This document shows, one piece after another, positions 52,291 through 64,000 of a DNA stretch of 64,000 bases (position 1 is the first letter of the stretch; each line of letters opens with the position of its first letter). The stretch is taken from the NCBI RefSeq assembly GCF_006345805.1, contig NC_043011.1:55626464-55690463 (forward strand). Direction: 5' to 3'. The notes beneath the pieces were generated by a model that worked only from the letters and a program-made list of their open reading frames with translations, was not told the origin of the DNA and made no database searches. The translations under genes and the position numbers were made by a program. This DNA comes from Octopus sinensis (Eukaryota).

Positions 52291-52899
52291 AGACTAGAGA
52301 TACTTGACTAAGTGGAATCCACAGCTAAAAGATTAGAAAGATCAAGTTGAAGGATTTTAAAAAATTCAACTTATTTTCACAAGCTTTTGAGACTCTTCTT
52401 GTCTCCGGCCACTTGATTCTGTTAGTAATAACAGCCAAAACCTCTCAAATCACCCACATTGCCAGGTCCCATTGGACTGGATAAAGGATAAATAAATAAA
52501 CAGATATAAGACAGGATGGTCATCAGTGGAACAAATTTCTAAATGGTCAGGGCTGACATCCGTTTAAAGAACAATGGCAACAGCATCATCATCATCATCA
52601 GCAGCAGCAGCAGCAACAACAACAAACTCTTCATAGTATGAGTCAACACATTTGAAAGTTGGCCTTCAATTGTGTTGAGAGACAAAAAAAAATTGTGAAG
52701 AAAGACGTTTTCAGATTTTCCTCCGGTCCATTGTAGAAGTGTGTGACATCATTTCACAGCGAATCAAATAAGTTCAATTGTACCAACTTTATTCCTGGTT
52801 GAGCATATCCTGTACCTGGTGTACTGCTATGTGCATGTGTGTGTGGCGGGGGTGTGTGTGTGTAAAGAGAAGGGGAAGGAAAGGGAGGGAGGGAGAATG

Positions 52900-53171
52900 G
52901 TACTTCTCTCTATACTCAGTGTATAGAAGTAATGGTACTTCTCTCTATACTCAGTACTTCTCTCTATACTCAGTACTTCTCTCTATACTCAGTACTTCTC
53001 TCTATACTCAGTGTATAGAAGTAATGGTACTTCTCTCTATACTCAGTACTTCTCTCTATACTCAGTACTTCTCTCTATACTCAGTGTATAGAAGTAATGG
53101 TACTTCTCTCTATACTCAGTACTTCTCTCTATACTCAGTGTATAGAAGTAATGGTACTTCTCTCTATACTC
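52900..53171 (+). repeat. Perfect tandem array of a 19-bp unit (x11) and a 16-bp unit (x4)
   Basis: A=gtacttctctctatactca, B=gtgtatagaagtaatg; order A B A4 B A3 B A2 B A1. Confidence 0.95.
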
Positions 53172-53392
53172 GGCGGCGAGCTGGCAGAATCGTTAGCACG
53201 CCGGGCTAAATGCGTATCCATATTTCGTCTGCCATAACGTTGTGAGTTCAAATTCCGCCGTGGTTGACTTTGCCTTTCATCCTTTCGGGGTCGATAAATT
53301 AAGTACAAGTTATGCACTGGGGTCGATGTAATCGACTTAATCTCTTTGTCTGTCCTCTCTGTGTTTAGCCCCTTGTGGGTAGTAAAGAAATA
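53172..53392 (+). mobile_element. Family B SINE
   Basis: Near consensus; followed by ggtacttctctctatac. Confidence 0.9.
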
Positions 53393-53829
53393 GGTACTTC
53401 TCTCTATACAGTATATGCAGATTACAGTACAGGGCTAAATTCATGCCTGTCTAACTGCATCCGGTTGTGAGACTTTGGTGCCGGTGTTCCAGGGTGCTGA
53501 GGAGTGTGGTACAACTTTTAAACCGTTATTGTGCCCAGATCTACTCTGACTTGGAGTAGTAGCACCTGTTAGGGCCCCAGCTACAGGCTAACTAGCCCTG
53601 CCTTACTTTCCATAACGTGAACACAGCAGTTTGTCCCCCACCCCAGTCATCCTGGGATCTCCTCCTGGCCATTGGATCAGCCACAGATAAGTCAAGCTGG
53701 GTGGCGAAGGGTTGTACACTTCTCTCATCAATGGAAACAAATTTTTGTGCAAACTTCAATCCATGTATATACATAAATATATAGAGAGTGAAAGAATGCA
53801 ATTGATATGAAATTGCTTTTATATATATA

Positions 53830-53943
53830 CATGGTTCCGGGTTCAGTCCCACTGCATGGCACCTTGGGCAAATGTCTTCTACTATAGTCTCGTGCCAACC
53901 AAAGCTTTGTGAGTGGATTTGGTAGACGGAAACTGAAAGAAGC

Positions 53944-53975
<32 letters not shown>

Positions 53976-54202
53976 CTCTTTACTCTCTTTTACTCTTTTA
54001 TTTGTTTCAGTCATTTGACTGCGGCCATGCTGGAGCAACGCCTTTAGTCGAGCAACTCGACCCCGGGACTTATTCTTTGTAAGCCCAGTACTTATTCTAT
54101 CGGTCTCTTTTGCCAAACCGCTAAGTGACGGGGACATAAACACACCAGCATCGGTTGTCAAGCAATGCTAGGGGGACAAACACAGACACACAAACATACA
54201 TG

Positions 54203-54248
<46 letters not shown>

Positions 54249-54400
54249 CAACAGGCTTCTTTCAGTTTCCGTCTACCAAATCCACTCACAAGGCTTTGGT
54301 CGGCCCGAGGCTATAATAGAAGACACTTGCCCAAGGTGCCACGCAGTGGGACTGAATCCAGAACCATGTGGTTGGTAAGCAAGCTACTTACCACACAGCC
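53830..54400. mobile_element. Family C 5' half (+, 53830-53950) facing a full family C copy (-, 53975-54400)
   Basis: Joined through (TA)n, forming an inverted pair. Confidence 0.9.
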
Positions 54401-54402
54401 AG

Positions 54403-54618
54403 ATAGGGTAAGCAACAGGTTGCTTAGCCACATACCGAAAATTTAGAAATAGCAGTCAAAAACCACTTATTTCTATTTTCTACAAATATGACTTCACATA
54501 TAACATATACATGTAACTCACATGTGGAGTCATATTTGTAGAAAATAGAAATAAGCAGTTTTTGACTGCTATTTCTAAATTTTCGGTATGTGGCTAAGCA
54601 ACCTGTTGCTTACCCTAT
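54403..54618. repeat. Foldback: 97-bp arms, 22-nt loop
   Basis: 54403-54499 vs reverse complement of 54522-54618, about 3 mismatches. Confidence 0.95.
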
Positions 54619-54889
54619 TTATTTATATTTATATATATATAAAGAACTTTTTGTAAAAGTTCCTACAGATAATGGTTGCATTTCCATACCAAAATCTACT
54701 CGGTAATAATTGTTGATTTTAAAATTAATAATTATTTACCCTTATATTATTAATATATATATATATATAATATATATATATAATATATATATATAAGTTC
54801 AGCAAAATTTAGATTCAGATGAATATGGTACTTAAGTCAGAGGCACCAGAATTTTGTATGGTATTATCCATATAAATCCATGGGGTGAT

Positions 54890-55062
54890 TATAATCAAAA
54901 TAAGCAACAAGTATATCTTAGGTAATGTGGTACAATCGTTTCATGCTACTTCATTTTATTAAACACTTACAATTAAATACTTACAATGTTTAATAAAATG
55001 AAGTAGCATGAAACGATTGTACTACATTACCTAAGATATACTTGTTGCTTATTTTGATTATA
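54890..55062. repeat. Foldback: 76-bp arms, 21-nt loop
   Basis: 54890-54965 vs reverse complement of 54987-55062, about 1 mismatch. Confidence 0.95.
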
Positions 55063-55071
55063 TATATATAT

Positions 55072-55422
55072 ATCATCATCATCATCATCATCATCGTTTA
55101 GCATCCGCTTTCCATGCTAGCATGGGTTGGACGGTTCGACCGGGGTCTGGGAAGCCAGGGGCTGCACCAGGCTCCAGTCTGATCTGGCAGTGTTTCTACA
55201 GCTGGATGTCTTTCCTAATGCCAACCACTCCGCGAGTGTAGTGGGTGCTTTTTACGTGCCACCTGCACAGGTGCCAGGGAGGTCTGGCATCGGCCACGAT
55301 CGGTTGGTGCTTTTAACGTGCCACCGGCATGGAAGCCAGCCAAGGCGGCACTGGCATCGGCCACGTTCGGATGGTGCTTTTTATGTGCCACCGGCACAGA
55401 AGCCAGTCGAGGCGGCGCTGGC
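55072..55422 (-). mobile_element. Family A copy
   Basis: Family consensus. Confidence 0.9.
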
Positions 55423-56242
55423 AAAGTATTTATTAATTAAAGTAAATTAGTACAAAATGTTAAGCTCAGTAGCTTAAAAAAAAGTCTTATCTTTTAAAGG
55501 AGCAGAGGAAGAAAACGTAAGAAAGAGTCGGTTAACTGAACAATATAAAGAATTATCTTTTTTATTGTCAAAGGAAGCTCTGCCCTAGTTTCCCGTTCAT
55601 TTTTCTCTTCTCAAATGTCGTCCAAAATTCTATATTTTATTCAATTGTTTATTTTATAAATTCATTCATTTTAGTAAGTTCTGTTTATTGGGAGCTCCCT
55701 GTCACCAGTGTTGTTCATGAAAGTTCTCAGAGTCCAATGGACTACTTTAGAGTTGAGGAAGTTCCAGGGGACATCAGAATATTGGTAACAAAAATATGGA
55801 CCTTTGGAGCCTTTCATTTCTTGACCATCATCCTCTCTGCAGTTGTTTGTAACATATTGGACAGTTAAGGATAAGTAAAGCAGAGCTTTATGAAAAGATT
55901 ATCTAAAGAAAAGGTTAATCTCGGTCTAATAGTGATTATAAGTAATTTTGTTGGTGGATATGGCATTTCCTTTCAACTCTTAAAATAAATAACTTTACAT
56001 TATAATGGATGAGCAGAATTGTTGAAATTTGACCAAAATGCCTAGTTTGTGTTTACTTATGACTTTCTCTATTCTCAATTTTGTCTTCAGTTCTGTTGAG
56101 GTCAATGAAATAAAATAACAGTCATAAGTTGCAGAGTGATTCCTAAAAGTCATTCTAGAAATAAATTGAATTATAATAGAAAACAATACACACCACCAAA
56201 ACAATATACATCACTTGTCCAAGAACTTTTAGATACCACCTC

Positions 56243-56273
<31 letters not shown>

Positions 56274-56281
56274 ATATATAT

Positions 56282-56636
56282 ATACAAAATGAGGAAATGG
56301 AGAAATATATCTAAATCAATCATCAACTATCAGATAATACCGAATCATATACTTTATTAAAACACTACACAATAGCAATGAGATTAGACATTAATACAGT
56401 ACAATAATTACAATCAATATGGTGAGATATAACTAAATAAATATAACAAGATATAAAAATAGATTTACATTATAACTGACAGCTGTTTTGGCCATTTAGA
56501 ATCTCCGAAGAGGCCGTAAGATATTCTTGTTAATGTCTCATTTATACCTGCATTATATGGCTAATAGGTTAAATGAGACATACCTATCTTCATGATGATT
56601 GATTTAGATATATTTCTCTATTTTCTCATTTTGTAT
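56282..56636. repeat. Inverted 44-bp arms around a Penelope-pLTR-like spacer
   Basis: 56282-56325 vs reverse complement of 56593-56636, 2 mismatches; starts at (TA)n. Confidence 0.85.
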
Positions 56637-56767
56637 TATTAATTTACGGTAAAAATAATTTTACCTTTGCCCACCTAATACAGTAAATGAATTAATTGCA
56701 TCGCAATTTTTAACATTTATGTATTAGCTTTGTTGGGTACATGGAGGGTTGAATTTACAACCCCTAT

Positions 56768-56801
<34 letters not shown>

Positions 56802-56807
56802 CAATAT

Positions 56808-56972
56808 ATGACAGGCTTCTTTCAGTTTCCATCTACTAAATCCACTCACAAAGCTTTGGTCGGCCTGAGGCTATAGTAGAAGACACTTCCTCAAGGTGCC
56901 AGGCAATGGGACTGAACCTGGAACCATGTGGTTGGTAAGCAAGCTACTTACTACACTGCCACTCCTGCACCT
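56808..56972 (-). mobile_element. Family C SINE 5' half
   Basis: Family consensus. Confidence 0.9.
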
Positions 56973-57007
56973 ATATAAATAAATATATATATATATATAT
57001 ATATAAA

Positions 57008-57308
57008 CATTTGAGTGAGGTCGTTGGACTGGCTCCTGTGCACGTGGTATGTAAAACACACCATTTGAGTGTGGCCGTTGCCAGTACCGCCTGACTGGCC
57101 CTTTCACTGGTGGCACGTAAAAAGCACCCACTACACTCTCGGAATGGTTGGCGTTAGGAAGGGCATCCAGCTGTAGAAACTTTGCCAGATCAAGACTGGA
57201 GCCTGGTGCAGCCATCTGGTTCGCCAGTCCTCAGTCAAATCGTCCAACCCATGCCAGCATGGAAAGCGGACGTTAAAGGAACAGTGATGATGATGATGAT
57301 GATGATGA
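57008..57308 (+). mobile_element. Family A copy
   Basis: Family consensus. Confidence 0.9.
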
Positions 57309-57398
57309 TATATACCTCATGATGACCAATTACAGCACTTATACAGCATAGCTGTTTGTTTAGATCACCAGTGGACTAAACCTCTCATATTCTATATT

Positions 57399-57738
57399 TG
57401 GAGACACATGGCTAAGGGGTTAGAACATCAGGCTTACAATTAAGGGGTTGTGAGTTCAATTCCTGGACCAGGCTGCGTGTTGTGTTCTTGAGTAAGACAC
57501 TTCATTTCACATTGCTCCAGTTCACTCGGTTGTAGAAATGAGTTGTAGCATCACTGGTGCCAAGCTGTATCAGCCCCTTTGCCTTTCCCTTGGATAACAT
57601 TGGTGTAGTGGAGAGGGGAAGCTGGTATGCATGGACAACTGCTGGCCTTCCACAAACTTGCCCAGACTTGTGCCTCGGAGGTGAACTTTCTAGGTGCAGT
57701 CCCATGGTCATTCATGTCCAAAGCAGGTATTTACCCTT
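57399..57738 (+). mobile_element. Family F tRNA-derived SINE
   Basis: A-box tggctaaggggttag, B-box gagttcaattcc, ttcttgagtaagacactt core. Confidence 0.75.
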
Positions 57739-57781
57739 TGTGTGTGTATTTGGAGAGAGAGAGAAAGTGTAAGAGATAGAT

Positions 57782-57823
<42 letters not shown>

Positions 57824-57877
57824 CATATTTATTACAAATGTACATCTATAATATATATATTTGTGCATGAGTGTGAG

Positions 57878-58744
57878 GTTATCATATATTAAGACAAGTT
57901 CCTGTCATCCAGCCATAATATTCAAGAACCTGGTAAAAGATGTCAGCAGAAGAATCTCCAACCTGTCTTCAAACAATGGAAGTTTTATGCCACTCTCCTG
58001 TACCATAATGAGGCTCTAACGGCCAGTGGTTTTAAGGAAAGGATTAGTTATATGTTAGACCCTAATCCCTCTAAGAAAAATGTCACCAGAAAATGTTGCG
58101 GTTTACACCACCCTTATCCTTAAGTTTTAAAAGCCATGTGGGTAAGATTTTCCTTAGTTTAGGAGACAAACACTTCCCTCATCCAAATAGCCTTTTGTCA
58201 AATATTTAATAGGCACATCCCAAAGGTTTTCTTTAGCTGTGCACCCAATGTATAAAAGATATTAGTGGGTAGACCCACATTTGAGAGAAGCAGGATGTTC
58301 AAGCAGGGATACCACAACATGTCCATTGAATTGCCACTGTAATATGGAAACCGTCATGAATGAGGCAGAGGTAACAGCAATTGGACCGAATATTGAACCA
58401 AATGTGCAAAACTATGTGGGAGCATTTGAGCCCTTTAGAACCTGATATAACAATCACAAGTCCCCCCTCAACATCCTGGAGAGATGAAGCACCACAGTCC
58501 TGGCCAAGTACATATGGCTGTTGAAAGAAAGTGCCACAGAAAACAGCATAAAGTGAAGATGTTAGAGAAATGCAAAGCTTCCTTCAATAACAGCAGGAAG
58601 TGCAGGTTATGGCTGGTTGACAAAAGATCTATATTAAAGAACTCTCAGTACCCAGGCATCTATCTGAACAGCAGAAGTGAAATTTTTAATCTTTGCCCAT
58701 ACGAAAGGAAGTACATCCTATCATACCTACATGCTCCATTGTGA
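57878..58744 (+). mobile_element. Penelope-like element 3' half (RT thumb plus GIY-YIG), pseudogenised
   Basis: SCHPAIIFKNLVKDVSRRISNLSS; LAKYIWLLKE; KCRLWLVDKRSI..LNSRSEIFNLCPY. Confidence 0.85.
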
Positions 58745-59049
58745 CTATAATTGCCAGTCGTCCAAGTTTGGCTCCCCCACCATCAATACCTGAGAATCCA
58801 GCAAAGAGTTGGACCTGAACAAACACAAATGCACTCACAGACATGCATATGCCCTAAAATGGCGATGTTGTCAAAGCAGGAGTAACTGACCTTGAGATTG
58901 TGAGAGGTTGAAAATTTTATAATACTTATAACCTGTAAGGAAATGCTTCTTAATTGGCATCAGGAAATCCCAAACTACATTGGTCGAAACTTCTAGTTTA
59001 AATGACTAACCAGATTAACATTTTCGTTTGGACTCTTTTGGGGTTCAGG

Positions 59050-59830
59050 GATGGGCGTTGAGTGTCCTCTTAAATGTATTAACTCCTCAATGAATCCACT
59101 TCTTGCTAATGTCTCATGGTGGGTGTGGGGGTGACGATCCTGTTTGAAAACCTCGTTATCTGTTGATAGTTTAGAGATTCTTCTACTGATGCCTGTGGCT
59201 AGGTTTCTGATTACAACAAGGAGGGTGGGTGGGGTAGGGGTTAGAGTTTCTGTGGATAAATACAGTTTTCTTGTTGGGCCTCCTGTATGAGTAACACTTG
59301 CCCATCTTCAGATCTAGAGTTACATCCTGGAAAATTGATCTTTGTCAAGTTGGTGATGGCTGTTATAGATGGGCTGAATTTTTTGAAGATTTTTATCAGT
59401 TCATTCCTGAACTTGTCCATGGCATGGCTGTTCATTTTTTTTTTTTCCCACAAGGGGCTAAACAGGGACAGACAAACGGATTAAGTTGATTACATCAACC
59501 CCAGTGTGTAACTGGTACTTAATTTATCGACCCCGAAAGGATGAAAGGCAAAGTTGACCTCGGCGGAATTTCACTCAGAACGTAGCAGCAGACAAAATAC
59601 CACTAAGCATTTCGCCCGGCGTGCTAATGTTACAGCCAGATTGCCGCTGTTCATATGGCTTGAGATTACCAGATTGTTGTCCCTCTACATGGCCTAACTA
59701 TGGTGAGAGGAGGCTGCACTTCCTTAGAGTATCCAAGATAAATAATCCAATAATATTAGTCATCTCAGCACTCCAAACAATGGGTTGCCTTCCTTTTTCA
59801 CAGAAGAATCATCCTGAGCCAAGATTCATT
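59050..59830 (-). mobile_element. Penelope-like RT fragment split by a family B SINE
   Basis: IIGLFILDTL, KINF-LDVTLDL..YRRPN..IHRNSN, GISRRISKLS. Confidence 0.8.
59440..59645 (-). mobile_element. Family B SINE
   Basis: Near consensus; TSD gctgttcat. Confidence 0.9.
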
Positions 59831-60221
59831 TTCTAGCATTCATGATGATTCTGATATTGGTGAATTGTCTACTGAACATTTAAAGGTTTCAGGAGAATTA
59901 AATTTCAGTCCCAAAGAGTAGAAATCCATGATATTGAACTGGGTAAACCTGCATGTCCCTTTATTCTCACTGCTGAAGAATCAGTTGGTTACTGTAGTGC
60001 TGCAACCCCAGAGGTGCAGTCTGTTTATGAAATTTGAGCCACTGGCAGCCAACGGTCCAGATATACCAGTTTAAGCCTGCCTACTCCATACCCAATGGTA
60101 TAGAATTCAACTCTTGCTGCTGCTAGTCATATACACTACAACCTCATCCATAGTGATTATCCAACTTCACATTAAATTTTCATCCTGCCACACCAAATCC
60201 AGTTGTTGTTCCCATAGAAAC

Positions 60222-60606
60222 GCTGTTGCTGTTGCTGTTGAGTGAACGGTCTTTCTCCCAGAGCTCGCAAGATGGGAGAAGACCGAAACGTGGTCCTTTG
60301 CTATTCGTAAGACCTGCAGAAGAGAAAGCAGGTCAACCCCTGACACCGAGAGCATCGACGGATGGATGAATGCACATCCAGGCTCAGCTGTTGCGTAGGA
60401 AGTCGGGGACAAGAAACAGAAAGAAAGAGTGAGAGAGAGTTGGAGCGAAAGAGTACAACAGGGGTCGCTACCACCTCCTGCCGGAGCCTCGTGGAGCTTT
60501 AGGTGTTTTCGCTCAATAAATACACGCAACGCCCGGTCTGGGAATTGAAACCGCGATCCTCTGACTGTGTGTCCGCTGCCCTAACCACTGGGCCATTGCG
60601 CCTCCC
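60222..60606 (-). mobile_element. Family E SINE
   Basis: Homologous to 13358 and 40150; ctgttgctg on both flanks. Confidence 0.9.
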
Positions 60607-60931
60607 ACTGTTGCTGCTGTAATGTTGGCTCTTTGTTCGACAGCAACAGCACTTTCCTCTGCCATGGGAGGCAGCAGTAGCAGCAAATGCCGATACGGCT
60701 GAATAAACCCCATCACTGCTTCCAGACATAGTGACAATAGCAAGTTCCCAACATCCTGTCCAACCTCGTGGGCCTAAGAACAAAGAAAAGATTTGATGTT
60801 CTTTCCAGACCAATAACATCATGTGACCTGAGATGACCAATAGAGGCCTAATGTCCAGAAGAACCTGTCTTAAACTTGTCTTGTTTCCTGTTTCTATCTG
60901 ATGATGAATTAGGTTTGTTCTACAAGACTAT

Positions 60932-61216
60932 ATAATAATAATAATAATAATGAAATTATTGTATACAGTGCTCAGGTGCACCACAACTTGTCAGAAAGTG
61001 CATATAAAGTACATGCAGTAATGTACAAATGTCTGGGAAGCAAGCAATGCATGAGTCAGATACATGCTTGAGTGTGTATGGAGGGGAGAAAATCAGGTGT
61101 AGTGTTGGCGAATCTCAGGAAGCATGGAAGTTTTGAAGGATGCAGTGCTCCGACAACTAACAACTGATGCCGGCAGTTTGTTCCATGCTTCAGCGACTCT
61201 CAGCGTGAAAAAATGT
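60932..61216 (-). mobile_element. CR1-like LINE 3' end with (TTA)n tail
   Basis: FFTLRVAEAWNKLPASVVSCRSTASFKTSMLPEIRQHYT*. Confidence 0.85.
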
Positions 61217-61752
61217 TGAAACTTTGAGTTGCATGGACTCGGGTCAAACCGTTATATCACACACACACATAATGAATGAGGGAAATAGAAAGTGGAGTTG
61301 ATAAGAATCTTTATTCAACACTACGATCGTTTCGACCCATCCTGCATTTGTTCCTTGCGAGTAGGATACTGTACAACTGGTTGTGTTGCATCCACCAGTG
61401 CAGAATGTATCCCACTGGGTGTGTATGTATGTCATGTCAACACGTGTATACTTCTCTTTCTTCCTTTTATCTTTTAATTCTTATCCATTGTCCTTTTTTT
61501 TCTTTTATTACTTTACTCCATGTTATATATTACTTTGAACTACAGGCAGACCCATTTTCTGGTTATAACTCGGAAACTGTATCCACCCTCCATCAGTAGA
61601 GCCAACCACCTATTGGTAACTACAACATGCCAAGTGAATCTGAGTATATTTAGCAAAGAATCCTATTTAAAACAAGACTCCTGATGAGGTGTATTCTGCA
61701 CTGGAGGATGCAAAACAACCAGTATCCCACCTGCAAGGGACAGATTGGTACC

Positions 61753-61966
61753 TATTTCTTTATTACCCACAAGGGCCTAAAAATAGTGGGGACAAACAAG
61801 GACAAAGGTATTAAGTCGATTACATCGACCCCAGTGTGCAACTGGTACTTAATTTATTGACCCTGAAAGGATGAAAGGCAAAGTCGACCTCGGTGGAATT
61901 TGAACTCAGAACGTAACGGCAGACGAAATACTGCTAAGCATTTCACCCGGCGTGCTAACGATTCTG
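61753..61966 (-). mobile_element. Family B SINE flanked by a 60-bp direct duplication
   Basis: 61693-61752 vs 61961-62020, 2 mismatches. Confidence 0.9.
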
Positions 61967-62601
61967 CACTGGAGGATACAAAACAACCAGTATCCCACCT
62001 GCAAGGGACAGATTGGCACCACTATACATTGACCCAAGCATAACACTGTGTAAAGTGGGAGGTGAACAAGTGCAGATGTGGTGTGTAGAGGATGCTGTCA
62101 CTTTGTCGAGGATCTCATCATCTTCCTGGTGCTGCTGTCACCACAATAAAGTAAACCAGTCCAGTCTGTGGTTGAGGAAACCTTTTGGTCTTTTTGAAAA
62201 TACGACTGTCCCTCTAGTGCTGGACTCTTGGTGAAATACATTCAGTCCACTCTGTAAAATGGTTGATGTTAAGAAGGGCATCCAACCATAGAAACTATGC
62301 CAAAAAATGGATTGCATGAATGCGATGTATATTTTACAGACTAACATTGAGACAATCTGTTAAACATATGTCTGCATGTAAAATAGAAAGGATATATGGT
62401 GTGATGTAATTCTAGAAAGAAAGATGAGAAGGTCATGGGCAGAATGCTTTTGATCTAGGGTGACCTGAAGCAAAACGTCAAAATTTGACAATCTAACCGA
62501 CAATCATGGCTTTTAATCTACTTGTCAACATTTATGGAGTTTGTAGCTAAAGTGGTGATTGCGTAGAATTTTAGCCAAAAGTGTGTAATCTAACTGATTA
62601 A

Positions 62602-63006
62602 ATCATCATCATCATCATCGTTTAATGTCCGCTTTCCATGCTAGCATGGGTTGGACGATTTTGACTGAGGGCTGGCGAACCAGATGGCTGCACCAGGCTT
62701 CAATCTTGCTCTGGCTGAGCTTCTACAGCTGGATGCCCTTCCTAACGCCAACCACTCCGAGAGTGTAGTGGGTGCTCTTATGTGCCACCGGCATGGGGCC
62801 AGTCAGGTGGCACTGGCAACGACCTTGCTTGAATCTTTTACACATGCCTCTGGCGTGAGTGCCAGTAAGGCAATGCTGGTAACAATCACGCTCGAATGGT
62901 GTTTTTTACGTGCCACCGGCACAGAGGTCAGATAGTCGCTCAGGCAACGATCATGCTCGGATGGTGCTCTTAATGCCCTACTAGCACGGAGCTCGAGTGC
63001 CAGTAG
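62602..63006 (-). mobile_element. Family A copy
   Basis: Family consensus. Confidence 0.9.
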
Positions 63007-63569
63007 TGGATATCATTATTTGTATTAAAGTATAGAGATAGGGAACAAAACCTAACCAGAGACTTTATATCAAGTTGGCTGTTCACGGGTCCCCTAATTA
63101 CGCCTTCCATTGTGGTTGTCTAAATCTTTTAGTCCCCATTAGTGTTGATCAAGTAAGTATTAGCAGTACTGTTCCTTCTAAGCAACATGAATGCTTGCTT
63201 GGACACACATTATGAAACAAGCATGCAAAATAAATTAACGTGCACAGAGAGATTAGTTGTCTAAGATAATGTGTTCGTTAATAATGAAATTTATTTCAAT
63301 TTTATACTTGCACAAGCATTTTGTGCACCAGCACAGGGGCCAGTCAGGCAGCACTGGCAATGGCCATGCTCGAATCTTTATAGGGAAGATAATTGTGCAA
63401 CACTGGAATTTTTGCATTCCACAACTTCAAAAATTAAAGGAAGAAGTATTACTCAGTTGTATACAGGGATTGGGTAAAGGTTCCTTACCAATTTTATGGT
63501 ATATTAAGACAGTCATTATGTCAAGAATAACCATGCACACTGGTTCAGTTCCACTTCTTTATTATTATT

Positions 63570-63972
63570 AGGAGAGGCTGTGTGGTAAGTAGCTTGCTTA
63601 CAAACCACATAGTTCCCGGTTTAGTCCCACTGCGTGGCACCTAGGGCAAGTGCCTTCTACTATAGCCTCGGGCTGACCAATGCTTTGTAAGTGGAATTTT
63701 GGTAGATGGAAACTGAAAGAAGCCCATCGTACAGTAGACAACTGAGCAATATATATATATATATTTGTGCATGTGTCTGTGTTTGTCCCTCCACCATTGC
63801 TTCACAACCAATGTTGATGTGTTTACGTCCCTGTAACTTAGCGGTTCAGCAAAAGAGACCGATAAAATAAGTACTAAGCTTGCAAAGAAGAAGTCCCTGG
63901 GTCGATTTCTTCAACTAAAGGCGGTGCTCCAGCATGGCCGCAGTCAAATGACTGAAACAAATAAAAGAATAA
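63570..63972 (+). mobile_element. Family C SINE (full length)
   Basis: Family consensus from tRNA head to aaaagaataa tail. Confidence 0.9.
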
Positions 63973-64000
63973 CAAGTACTACTACTACTACCACCACCAC

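Noticed and set aside
53592-54161. 189-aa ORF
   Set aside because: Reads through two family C SINEs and (TA)n.

Overview
AT-rich, repeat-dense eukaryotic DNA. The SINE/LINE/microsatellite mix looks like an octopus (coleoid cephalopod) genome, recalled from memory rather than searched. No intact protein-coding gene, tRNA, rRNA or CRISPR array can be supported, and almost all ORFs in the track are translations of repeats. Retroelements: about 20 copies of an RTE-LINE 3' end with a (GAT)n tail, at least four tRNA-headed SINE families, decayed RTE, CR1, R4/Dong, HERO and Penelope elements, and a solo LTR. DNA transposons: two mariner relics, two non-autonomous Helitrons, and piggyBac-like and Merlin-like MITEs. 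Two CpG-containing promoter-like zones (about 3.4-4.8 kb and 22.8-23.2 kb) carry a few weak candidate exons. I found no convincing new multi-gene system. The best leads are: a perfect 4-3-2-1 array of target-site copies and a 60-bp duplication at SINE insertions; a series of young foldback palindromes, some with Penelope signatures; a PHD-like zinc finger inside an RTE reverse transcriptase; and tail swapping among SINEs. Boundaries of old repeats are approximate.
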